Program-made: the position numbers and the translations under genes | The notes under the pieces: model-generated | The model's input: the letters and a program-made list of their open reading frames with translations, nothing else | Databases searched by the model: none | Told to the model about the DNA's origin: nothing | Shown here: positions 1 through 8,087 of the stretch, one piece after another | How positions within the stretch are numbered: position 1 is the first letter of the stretch | Layout of the letters: every line of letters begins with the position of its first letter | Source of the DNA: Candidatus Aenigmatarchaeota archaeon | Lineage (GTDB): Archaea; Aenigmatarchaeota; Aenigmatarchaeia; Aenigmatarchaeales; Aenigmatarchaeaceae | NCBI GenBank assembly: GCA_016933455.1 | Contig: JAFGAZ010000015.1 | Span: forward strand, 11,583 to 75,582 | Length of the DNA stretch: 64,000 nucleotides | Direction of reading: 5' to 3'

Positions 1-1
1 G

Positions 2-127
2 GAAGCTCCAAAGGAAGAGACTCCAAAAGAAGAAGCGCCTAAAGCTGAAGAAAAGCCAGCAGAACAGCCAAAGGCAGAAGAGAAGCCAAAGGAAGAAAAA
101 CCCGAGGAAAGTAAAGACGGTGAGTGA
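2..127 (+). CDS. 3' end of a CDS that runs off the window; Lys/Glu/Pro-rich low-complexity tail ([41 protein letters not shown])
   Basis: Frame 2 is open from the window edge to TGA at 125-127, 2 nt before the S27ae ATG. It is absent from the ORF track because it has no start in the window. Identity is unknown. Confidence 0.3.
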   Translation, partial: EAPKEETPKEEAPKAEEKPAEQPKAEEKPKEEKPEESKDGE

Positions 128-129
128 TT

Positions 130-345
130 ATGGGTAAGAAGAAAAAGTCAAAGGAAAGAAAAGGAAAAAGAGCACCAAGCAAAAGCAAGCACAAGAAAGT
201 GCAAGTCTGGACAAAGTACAAGGACGGCAAAGTCCAAGGCAAGTTCTGTCCAAGATGCGGCCCTGGCGTTATTTTGGCAAAGCACAAAAACAGGGTAACG
301 TGCGGAAGATGCAGCTATTCTGAAATAGAAGTTGCGAAAAAGTAA
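130..345 (+). CDS. rps27ae: 30S ribosomal protein S27ae (eS31)
   Basis: Basic N-terminus followed by a C4 zinc ribbon, CPRCG...CGRC, in the typical S27ae arrangement. The ATG at 130 is preferred over the GTG at 124 used by the ORF track. Confidence 0.9.
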   Translation: MGKKKKSKERKGKRAPSKSKHKKVQVWTKYKDGKVQGKFCPRCGPGVILAKHKNRVTCGRCSYSEIEVAKK

Positions 346-372
346 TAAGTTTCAAATTTCTGTTATATTATT

Positions 373-1338
373 ATGATATGCCTAGGTATAGAGTCAACTG
401 CGCACACTTTCGGCGCAGGTATTGTAAATAATAATGAAGTTGTATCTGACGTAAAGGACATGTACATACCGCCCAAGGGCTCTGGTATAATTCCAAGAGA
501 AGCCGGCATACATCACATTGAGAAATCTACTTCTATTATCAAAGAGTGCCTTGAAAAGGCTGATATGACCATGAAAGACATTGATGCTGTTGCGTTTTCC
601 CAAGGACCTGGTCTTCCACAGTGCCTAAGGGTGGGTGGTGTTGTTGCAAGGATGCTTGCATTGAAGCACAAGAAACCTCTGTTAGGCGTTAACCACTGCG
701 TTGCTCATATTGAGGTTGGAAAGAACTGTACAAGTTCCAAGGACCCTGTTGTGCTATACCTTTCCGGGGGCAACACGCAGGTAATAGCCTTTACAGAGGG
801 TAGATACAGGGTGTTTGGCGAAACGCAAGACGTTCCAATTGGCAATGCTTTGGACATGATAGCAAGGAGTTTTGGACTTTCAATGCCTGGCGGCATTCAC
901 ATAGAAAGACTTGCAAAAAGCGGCAAGTATTTCGAGCTTCCCTATGTTGTCAAAGGAATGGACCTTTCTTTCTCAGGTCTTGCCACAGAAGCCATAAGAC
1001 AGTACAAGAAAGGCGTTAGCATGGAGGATGTCTCTTATTCTTTCCAGGAAACATGCTTTGCCATGCTTGCTGAGGTTGCTGAAAGGGCGATGGCACACAC
1101 TGGAAAGAGGGAGCTTTTGCTTGTTGGCGGGGTTGCTGCCAACAAGAGGTTGCAGGAGATGCTAAACATTATGTGCGAAGAGCGCGGGGCAAAGTTCTTT
1201 GTTGTCCCAATGAAGTATTCTGGAGACAACGGCTCCATGATAGCTGTGACAGGCTCTATCTATAATCGTCCAATAGAAATTGAGAACAGTGATGTTCGCC
1301 AGAAGTGGAGAGTTGACGAAGTAGCTATTGATTCCTGA
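373..1338 (+). CDS. kae1: tRNA N6-adenosine threonylcarbamoyltransferase Kae1 (KEOPS catalytic subunit), not fused to Bud32
   Basis: The N-terminus MICLGIESTAHTFGAGIV, the metal-binding HCVAHIE motif and GGVAANKRL are typical of the Kae1/TsaD family. Length is 321 aa. Confidence 0.9.
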   Translation: MICLGIESTAHTFGAGIVNNNEVVSDVKDMYIPPKGSGIIPREAGIHHIEKSTSIIKECLEKADMTMKDIDAVAFSQGPGLPQCLRVGGVVARMLALKHKKPLLGVNHCVAHIEVGKNCTSSKDPVVLYLSGGNTQVIAFTEGRYRVFGETQDVPIGNALDMIARSFGLSMPGGIHIERLAKSGKYFELPYVVKGMDLSFSGLATEAIRQYKKGVSMEDVSYSFQETCFAMLAEVAERAMAHTGKRELLLVGGVAANKRLQEMLNIMCEERGAKFFVVPMKYSGDNGSMIAVTGSIYNRPIEIENSDVRQKWRVDEVAIDS

Positions 1339-1939
1339 TATTTCTTTTGCTATGCTCCAAGATTTGCTTGTGTGTGTAAATGAAAAAATTTTTGTCTTTA
1401 GGCCTGTAGTTTATTGCAACATCCTCTGAAAAACCGCCATCCTTTTCCCACTTTTCTATTAGAAACAATGGATTTTCCATTATAGGCACAGTTGTAAAAG
1501 TTTCTGGTATGATGACAGCATCTGATGCTATTGTTGTTGAAATATAGGGGTTTTTGGATCTTAGTTTTTTTGTTATGTAATCCTCAATAGAAGCGTGATG
1601 GGAGTATACCCTAACATTCACATCATCCTTTTTGAAAACGTTTACCTGAGAAATGTTTTCAATCGGTACTCTTAATTTGGGGAATTTTTCTTGAACTTGG
1701 TCAGACGGAACCTTTTTCACAAAGCCCACGGGGTTGTTGGTGAAGAATCTGCTTTCGAAGACGTCGCTATGGAATTGGTTTAGCTGTGCATATTCCCCTG
1801 CATGACTAAAACCCATATAGTCGCAAAGCAAAGAGCGGCATTTCAATTGGAATACTCTTGATGAGAGCTGCTTTGGCTCATGAGAAAATATCTCCAAAAG
1901 GTCCTCTTCTATTTCTTCCAAATTCTCAGAAAGGTTCAT
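1325..1939 (-). CDS. hypothetical protein (204 aa), no recognisable motif
   Basis: Long ORF in a gap between conserved genes. Its 3' end overlaps the kae1 3' end convergently by 14 nt. Confidence 0.45.
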   Translation of the reverse strand: MNLSENLEEIEEDLLEIFSHEPKQLSSRVFQLKCRSLLCDYMGFSHAGEYAQLNQFHSDVFESRFFTNNPVGFVKKVPSDQVQEKFPKLRVPIENISQVNVFKKDDVNVRVYSHHASIEDYITKKLRSKNPYISTTIASDAVIIPETFTTVPIMENPLFLIEKWEKDGGFSEDVAINYRPKDKNFFIYTHKQILEHSKRNIRNQ

Positions 1940-1963
1940 AATAATATTCTATCTTGGAATAAT

Positions 1964-2338
1964 TTAACACGATATGTTGAGCATTCTTTTTAGCATGTGC
2001 TTGTCGTCAAGCAATTTCTTGTACTCGTCATAGTTTCTTATTGCACGAAGAAATATTATGTTTCTTTCTTTTGTCACGCAGTACAGTATGTGCTTCTTGC
2101 CTACTTTGGCTCTGAATATGATGTTGTCATCGATGTTTTCCTCGTACTTGTGAAGTTCATGGAATTCGGTGTGCGAGGTATCGGTTACCTTCTTGACTAT
2201 TTTGTCTATTTTTTCTTGATCCTTTATGTCCCGTTCAAAGTGCTTTGTTATTATAACTTCCTTTATCAGAGGCTGAAGTTTCATAAAGTGGCTGTTGCAA
2301 ACATCGCATGATTCTTTTTTGCACGAATGAAAACTCAT
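1964..2338 (-). CDS. RelE/ParE-like small protein with an N-terminal Cys cluster (CKKESCDVC)
   Basis: The C-terminal pattern FRAKVGKKHILYCVTKERNIIFLRAIRNYDEY resembles the RelE/ParE core (R-x-x-x-G-x-x-R-[IL]-[IL]-Y ... hRxxxY). The ORF was trimmed to Met44 (ATG at 2338) because the track ORF extends into the aCPSF1 coding region. Confidence 0.4.
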   Translation of the reverse strand: MSFHSCKKESCDVCNSHFMKLQPLIKEVIITKHFERDIKDQEKIDKIVKKVTDTSHTEFHELHKYEENIDDNIIFRAKVGKKHILYCVTKERNIIFLRAIRNYDEYKKLLDDKHMLKRMLNISC

Positions 2339-2379
2339 AGAATGAATTTGGTTTATCTTAATAAAAATAAGAGAAAAAA

Positions 2380-4263
2380 TTATTTCAGCCTGATAGTTTC
2401 CAGATTCTTGGGGCAGATGGTCTCTGTTCTGAAAAGTTTGTGAAGGGTCTTTGCAAGGCTCATGCATTTTGATGCTTCTCCGTGGTCGACTATTATCCTC
2501 TCCGGCCTTTGCTTTAGCCTTGAAAGATAGTTTAGGATCTGCTTGTGATCAGAGTGTCCGCTAAGACCGCTTACATTGAATATCTCAAGGTTCACAGGAA
2601 CAGCTGATGTCCTGCCGTTCTTGCTTTCCATTGGCACTTCCTTCCAGCCCTTTTGTATTCTTCTTCCAAGGCTTCCTTCTGCCTGGTAGGAAACGAACAC
2701 AAGCCCGTTCTTTTCGTTTTCCGCTAAACTCTTTAGCCACCAAACGCTAGGTCCGCCTACAAGCATTCCAGATGTTGCAATTATTGCGCACGGCTCTCCT
2801 GCTTCCAAAATCTTTTTCCTCTCTTCAGCAGAACCTATTCTCTTGAATATTGGGTTGGTGAAGGGGTTTTCTCCCTGTTGTAGTATCTGCTTTTGCAAGT
2901 CCCTGTTGAAATACTCTGGATATGCTGTGTGTATTGCTGTTGCATCCCACACCATGCCGTCAATGTAAATAGGATACTTGAAGCCTGCTTTTGAAAGCAT
3001 TGCCATGACGTCCTGCGACCTTTCAACAGCAAAGCTTGGGACCAAAACAATGCCGCCCCTGTCGCACGTCTTCTTGCATGCCTCGACTAGCTGCGCTTCC
3101 GATTCAGCCCTTTTTGGCGTTACGTCTTCCCTTGCGCCGTATGTTGACTCTGTTATCACTGTCTCAGCCCTTGCAAAGTTTGTGCTTGCCGGCTCGAAAA
3201 GAGCAGTCCTGTCAAACTTGTAGTCGGATGAGTATAATACATTGTGGAAGCCGTTTCCAACGTGTATGTGCACAAGGGAGCTTCCGAGTATGTGGCCGGA
3301 ATTTAGAAGCGTAAGCCTCATGTCAGGGGTTATGTCAGAAACCTCTCCGTATTCTAGGCATATCGAGTGCTTGACAGCCTCCTTTATTCCCTTTGTCGTG
3401 TAAGGAGGGGTCTTGCCTTCCCTTTGGGTAAGCTCGATATAGTCCATGCAAAGTAGAACCATTAAATCTCTGGTAGGCGCTGTAAGATACAGCGGACCGT
3501 CAAAGCCCATCTCGTATAGCAGAGGAACAAGGCCGCAGTGGTCTAGGTGAGCGTGAGATAAAACCACGGCGTTTATTTTTGACAAGTCAGCTTCTGATAT
3601 TGTAAGATAAGGGAACTCGTTGGAACCTGGCTTTATGCCGCAGTCAAGCATGACCCGGCTTTCTGGTGTTTGAAGCAGTATGCAAGACCTGCCGACTTCC
3701 CTAAAGCCCCCAAGAGTCGTGAGCCTTAGCCATTCTGTTTCCTTCCATCCGCTGTGTATGTGCTTTCCAACCTTGTCTAAGAACTCCTTTCTAAAGTCCG
3801 ACTCCTTGTACATGAGGTCTCTTAGAACCTTGACAATGTCTGATGGTATCACAGGCGCCCTTTTTACTGTTGGCAGCCACGATGTTTGCTTTCTTATCTC
3901 CCTTAGGTTCTCGCCGCCCTTGCCTATGACAAGGCCTGGCTTTTCTGCCTCTATTGTAACTGAGCCGAAAGCTGGCTCAAAGTCTATGTCAACAAGCCCG
4001 GCTTCTTTTGGCACTAGCTTTTCAATTATTATTTTCGATGCTTCCGCATCCAAGCATATGGAAGGGTCCGGCCTTAGTATGACCCTTTTCTTTAGGCTAG
4101 ATACTAGCTTCTTTATTTCAGGCGGGTCTGCTGTGAAAAAGTCCTTGTTTTTTGTGTACAAAACAATTTCGCAGCCCTCGTATCTTATGTCAGAAATATT
4201 CGCGTCGCTGGGCAAACTCTTTTTTACTTTTTCGAATAAGTCGCTTGTTTTTTCCTCTACCAT
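2380..4263 (-). CDS. fttA: archaeal CPSF1 / FttA: KH domains + metallo-beta-lactamase + beta-CASP ribonuclease (transcription termination factor)
   Basis: 627 aa with N-terminal KH repeats (GKGGENLREI). It has the MBL motif HAHLDHCG and beta-CASP/RMMBL C-terminal motifs (SGHSD, VDHGE). Confidence 0.9.
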   Translation of the reverse strand: MVEEKTSDLFEKVKKSLPSDANISDIRYEGCEIVLYTKNKDFFTADPPEIKKLVSSLKKRVILRPDPSICLDAEASKIIIEKLVPKEAGLVDIDFEPAFGSVTIEAEKPGLVIGKGGENLREIRKQTSWLPTVKRAPVIPSDIVKVLRDLMYKESDFRKEFLDKVGKHIHSGWKETEWLRLTTLGGFREVGRSCILLQTPESRVMLDCGIKPGSNEFPYLTISEADLSKINAVVLSHAHLDHCGLVPLLYEMGFDGPLYLTAPTRDLMVLLCMDYIELTQREGKTPPYTTKGIKEAVKHSICLEYGEVSDITPDMRLTLLNSGHILGSSLVHIHVGNGFHNVLYSSDYKFDRTALFEPASTNFARAETVITESTYGAREDVTPKRAESEAQLVEACKKTCDRGGIVLVPSFAVERSQDVMAMLSKAGFKYPIYIDGMVWDATAIHTAYPEYFNRDLQKQILQQGENPFTNPIFKRIGSAEERKKILEAGEPCAIIATSGMLVGGPSVWWLKSLAENEKNGLVFVSYQAEGSLGRRIQKGWKEVPMESKNGRTSAVPVNLEIFNVSGLSGHSDHKQILNYLSRLKQRPERIIVDHGEASKCMSLAKTLHKLFRTETICPKNLETIRLK

Positions 4264-4310
4264 TTAAACACTTTAGAATTCTTGATATTATTCAAATTAT
4301 GAAAATAAAA

Positions 4311-4940
4311 TTACATGTACTTTTTGATTTCCTGCTCGGTCAATTCTCTAAATCCGTTCTTGTCAATCACAGCCACCTGGAGGCTGTCGCCGCCTGATGC
4401 AATGTCTCTTTGTATTGCTGCCTTTATTGCTTTCACTGCCAAGGCGATCGCCTCTTCGACTGTAAGACCTTCCTTGTATTCTGCTTCCAAAACACCATAG
4501 ACATATGGAGAACCTGAGCCTGTTGATGTAAAGTTGTCATTGCCGTCATAACCGCCGAATGGGTCAAAAGAATAAACCTGAGGCTTTGTGTCATAGCCGC
4601 CTAAAATGAACTGGTTCATGAACGGATAGTACTTGGAACCCTGAAGAATGTTTGACAGAAGCGATGTTGCTGCCTTTAGGGATATCGGACCCCTTTCGAG
4701 CTTGTATAGCTTGAACTGAGCCTTTAGCAGCCTGACCATTGCCTGCGCGTCTCCGACCCCGCCAGCTACTGTAAAGCCTATGTGGTCGTCTAGCTTGTAG
4801 AGCTTTTGGCATTTCTTCGAAGCCACCATGTAGCCCATGCTGGCCTTTCTGTCTGTTGCCAAGACAACTGCGTCTTTGGCAATCATACCAAGTGTTGTTG
4901 TTCCTTTCTTTGCTTCCATTAATTCACCAGAATTTGACAA
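4311..4940 (-). CDS. psmB: proteasome beta subunit
   Basis: A short propeptide is followed by TTTLG, the catalytic Thr after processing, then the Ntn-hydrolase pattern DRKASMG. Length is 209 aa. Confidence 0.9.
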   Translation of the reverse strand: MSNSGELMEAKKGTTTLGMIAKDAVVLATDRKASMGYMVASKKCQKLYKLDDHIGFTVAGGVGDAQAMVRLLKAQFKLYKLERGPISLKAATSLLSNILQGSKYYPFMNQFILGGYDTKPQVYSFDPFGGYDGNDNFTSTGSGSPYVYGVLEAEYKEGLTVEEAIALAVKAIKAAIQRDIASGGDSLQVAVIDKNGFRELTEQEIKKYM

Positions 4941-4984
4941 TTATGATATTATAGAATAAATGTATATAAAGATTATGGTGACCT

Positions 4985-6439
4985 CTAGTAGGTCTTTGCA
5001 ACTAAAACAGAGTATTTTGCCTTCTTTCCGCAGCAGATACATTTATTCACATTTTCCTGTTTTAGTGGGATTGTAATTATCTTTGCAGTTGTGTCTTCCT
5101 TTATCTTTTCCTCACATTTCTTTTCTCCACACCAACACACCTTTACCATTCCCATTTTTGTTTTTATTATTTCCTTTAAATCATCATAGTTCTTTGCAAT
5201 ATGTGTGTGATTTTCCATTATTTTTTTTGCGTTTTCCAAAAGATTGCTGTGAATACCATCAAGCAAGTTTTCTATTTCCTTTGAAATATTGTTAATCTTT
5301 ACAATAGACTTTTTACCAGTGTCTCTTCTTACCAATACTACCTGCTTTTTTTCAATGTCTTTAGGTCCAATCTCAAGCCTTATCGGAACTCCTTTTAGCT
5401 CCCATTCGTTGAACTTGAAACCAGGAGAAACGCCGTCTCTGTCGTCGACTTGAGTTCTGAAATCTGATAATGTGTTTTCTATTTTCCTTGCCTCTTTCAA
5501 TACATCATTTCTGTTTTCAGTTTTGTATATTGGAACTATGACCACTTGCGTTAAGGCCACCTTTGGTGGAAGTACCAGTCCCTTATCATCTGAATGTAAA
5601 GAAATCATAACACCTATTTCCCTTGTTGAAATGGCAAAAGTGTTTTGCCATGCGTATTTTCTTTCCTTTTTTTTGTCAAGAAATGTTATGTCGAATGCTT
5701 TGGCGAATTTTTGTCCGTCGTGATGAAAATCAGGTCCTTGAATTGCCCTTCCGTCTGGAAGCATGTGCTCGAATGCTATGGTGAATACTGCTCCTGCGAA
5801 CTTTTCCTTTTCGGTTTTATTTCCAATGATGCTCGGTATTGCCAAGACATTTTCTGTTATGTTCTTGTATATGTTCACTATCTCTTCCTGCTCTGCCAAG
5901 GCTTCCTTTTCTGTTGCAAAAACAGTGTGCCCTTCGTTCCAAAGAAATTCCCTTGTTCTAAGGAAAGGAACTGCGTGCTTGAACTCCCACCTTACAACGT
6001 TGTTCCATTGATTGAAGCGCAAAGGCATGTCCCTCCAGGACCTTATCCATTTGGAATAGCTGGGATACATTATCGTTTCTGAAGTAGGCCTTACTGCAAG
6101 TCTTTCATCCAACTCTCTTTCACCCGCATATGTTACCCATGCCACTTCAGGATTAAAGCCCTCTACATGTTCCTTTTCCCTGTTAAGAAGTTTCTCTGGT
6201 ATGAAAAGCGGGAAATAAACGTTCTTTATGCCGACTTTTTTGAATTCTTTGTCAGTGTATTTTTGTATCTGCTCCCATATGAAATAAGCGTCAGGTCTTA
6301 GAATCAAGCAGCCTGAAACGTCGCTATAATCCGCTAATTCCGATCTCAGAATTGTTTGGATGTACCACTCGTCAAAGTTTTCTTTCTTTTTTACTGTTAT
6401 TCCCAATTCCTCGGACATTTGACTCACTTTAAATTTCAT
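4985..6439 (-). CDS. proS: prolyl-tRNA synthetase, archaeal/eukaryal type with C-terminal zinc-binding domain
   Basis: 484 aa with class II aaRS motifs. The ProRS-specific C-terminal extension carries Cys clusters (CWCGEKKCEEK...CICCGKKA) and ends in Y. Confidence 0.9.
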   Translation of the reverse strand: MKFKVSQMSEELGITVKKKENFDEWYIQTILRSELADYSDVSGCLILRPDAYFIWEQIQKYTDKEFKKVGIKNVYFPLFIPEKLLNREKEHVEGFNPEVAWVTYAGERELDERLAVRPTSETIMYPSYSKWIRSWRDMPLRFNQWNNVVRWEFKHAVPFLRTREFLWNEGHTVFATEKEALAEQEEIVNIYKNITENVLAIPSIIGNKTEKEKFAGAVFTIAFEHMLPDGRAIQGPDFHHDGQKFAKAFDITFLDKKKERKYAWQNTFAISTREIGVMISLHSDDKGLVLPPKVALTQVVIVPIYKTENRNDVLKEARKIENTLSDFRTQVDDRDGVSPGFKFNEWELKGVPIRLEIGPKDIEKKQVVLVRRDTGKKSIVKINNISKEIENLLDGIHSNLLENAKKIMENHTHIAKNYDDLKEIIKTKMGMVKVCWCGEKKCEEKIKEDTTAKIITIPLKQENVNKCICCGKKAKYSVLVAKTY

Positions 6440-6498
6440 GTGTTACAATTTAAATCTTTATTAATTTTTGATTTCATTAACTATTATTCGTGGTTCTA

Positions 6499-7701
6499 AT
6501 GAAGATAGGTATATTTTCCGACTGCCATTGCGGCTACAAGTTCGGTGAGGAAAGGGGCGAGGATAGCTTCATTGCCTTGGAAGAGGCCATGGAAAAGACC
6601 ATGGACTGTGACATAATCCTTATAGCAGGGGATTTGTTTGACACAAGAATTCCAAAGCCAGAGATATACGCCAAGACCTCGAGGATTCTTAGCACTGCCC
6701 AGCACTTTCCTTCCAGAACAAAGCTAATCGAGATAATAAACAAGGAAAAGCATCAGCTATCCCCCTTGGCCTTTAGGGGAATACCTGTTGTCATGATACA
6801 CGGCACGCATGAAAAGAGAAGCAAGTACACGACAAATCCCATACAGTCGCTTGAGGATTCTGGCCTTATAGTGCATTTGGACTGCGCAACTGCCGTGTTT
6901 GACATCGACGGGGAGAAGGTCGCAGTGCATGGCATGAGCGGAGTTTCTGACAGGTATGCGATGGACAAATTGAAGGACTGGGATCCAAAGCCCATCGAGA
7001 ACGCAAAGAACATATTCATGATACACCAGTCGATTGACCCATACATCTACTCTCCACTTGAGCCTCCCACGATAAAGATAGACGACCTTCCCCAAGGCTT
7101 TGACATCTATGTTTTGGGCCACATGCACTGGAACGAGATAAGGCCTTTGCATCAGGGAAGGCTGATACTTTGCGGCAGCACCACTCCCACTTCTTTGCAC
7201 AAGATAGAGGCTGACCAGCCCAAGTGCGTATACAAGTACGACGGCAATGAGATAGAAAAAGTTGAGCTGGAAAAGCAAAGAAAGATCGTGTGGAAGGAGT
7301 TTGATTTCGAGCCCAACATAAAGGAAAGAATAGAGGACTATGTTAAAACAATTTCCGTGTCAGACAAAAAGCCTATCGTTAACATAAAGGTCAAGGGCCT
7401 TGTCAAGAAGGACAGCATGCTTCCCAAGTTCTCTGAGATAGAGGAAAAGTTCGGCGACAAGTCGATACTTAACATAAACAAGAACCTGGAAGTCGAGGGG
7501 CTTCAGGAGCAAATAGAGATGCTAAAGACCTTCAAGACAAACAGGCTGTCCCCAGAGGAGCACGGCCTTAGGATACTCCAAAACAACCTGGACCAGATGA
7601 ACTGCAGAATAAAGGTGGAAGACATATTCGACTATCTTGTGGAAGGCAACACCGAGTTGATATTCAACTTGCTGACAGGAAACCAAAAAACCTTAAAGTG
7701 A
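6499..7701 (+). CDS. mre11: DNA double-strand-break repair nuclease Mre11
   Basis: Calcineurin-like phosphoesterase motifs appear in order: DCHCG, AGDLFD, GTHE, GHMH. The gene sits immediately upstream of rad50. ATG 6499 is preferred over the GTG at 6490 used by the ORF track. Confidence 0.85.
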   Translation: MKIGIFSDCHCGYKFGEERGEDSFIALEEAMEKTMDCDIILIAGDLFDTRIPKPEIYAKTSRILSTAQHFPSRTKLIEIINKEKHQLSPLAFRGIPVVMIHGTHEKRSKYTTNPIQSLEDSGLIVHLDCATAVFDIDGEKVAVHGMSGVSDRYAMDKLKDWDPKPIENAKNIFMIHQSIDPYIYSPLEPPTIKIDDLPQGFDIYVLGHMHWNEIRPLHQGRLILCGSTTPTSLHKIEADQPKCVYKYDGNEIEKVELEKQRKIVWKEFDFEPNIKERIEDYVKTISVSDKKPIVNIKVKGLVKKDSMLPKFSEIEEKFGDKSILNINKNLEVEGLQEQIEMLKTFKTNRLSPEEHGLRILQNNLDQMNCRIKVEDIFDYLVEGNTELIFNLLTGNQKTLK

Positions 7702-7706
7702 AAAAG

Positions 7707-8087
7707 ATGAAAACAACAATGACAATAGACCTGGAAAATGCCTTTTTTGTTTTCAATAAAAAAGATGCTGAAAAAATATATTTGGAAGGGAACAAAAGCA
7801 TCAATTATCTTAGCAAGGCAGAAAGAGAAAGGTTTGCAGAAATAACAGGTAAAAAAAATATCAGGGAAGTTGTCCCCCTAAGAAAAAGGATGATGCAAGG
7901 CAAGTACAATGTTCTTGATTTCTACTATCTGATGAAGGCAACAGGTCAAAGTCCTGCTGAAATATTGTCAAAAAATAAGCACGACACATACATTGTTAGC
8001 TCCATCAGGCGCAGCGGAGGAAGGAAAAGGAAAGTTAAAAACGAACTAAAAGAAGTAATCGACATGGCTATGGGCGAGGAATTATGA
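7707..8087 (+). CDS. hypothetical small basic protein wedged between mre11 and rad50
   Basis: About 126 aa. It overlaps the mre11 stop if the GTG at 7698 is used, and overlaps the rad50 start by 4 nt (ATGA), which implies translational coupling. The C-terminal part is K/R-rich (RRSGGRKRKVK). No known motif was recognised. Confidence 0.45.
   Translation: MKTTMTIDLENAFFVFNKKDAEKIYLEGNKSINYLSKAERERFAEITGKKNIREVVPLRKRMMQGKYNVLDFYYLMKATGQSPAEILSKNKHDTYIVSSIRRSGGRKRKVKNELKEVIDMAMGEEL

Noticed and set aside
1964-2467. The full 167-aa version of the RelE-like ORF
   Set aside because: Its first 43 codons overlap the 3' end of the aCPSF1 gene. The internal ATG at 2338 gives a non-overlapping product that begins at the Cys motif.
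3680-4267. 195-aa plus-strand ORF, plus smaller ones at 2978-3314, inside the aCPSF1 gene
   Set aside because: It is a shadow ORF opposite a 627-aa protein that has complete KH, MBL and beta-CASP motifs.
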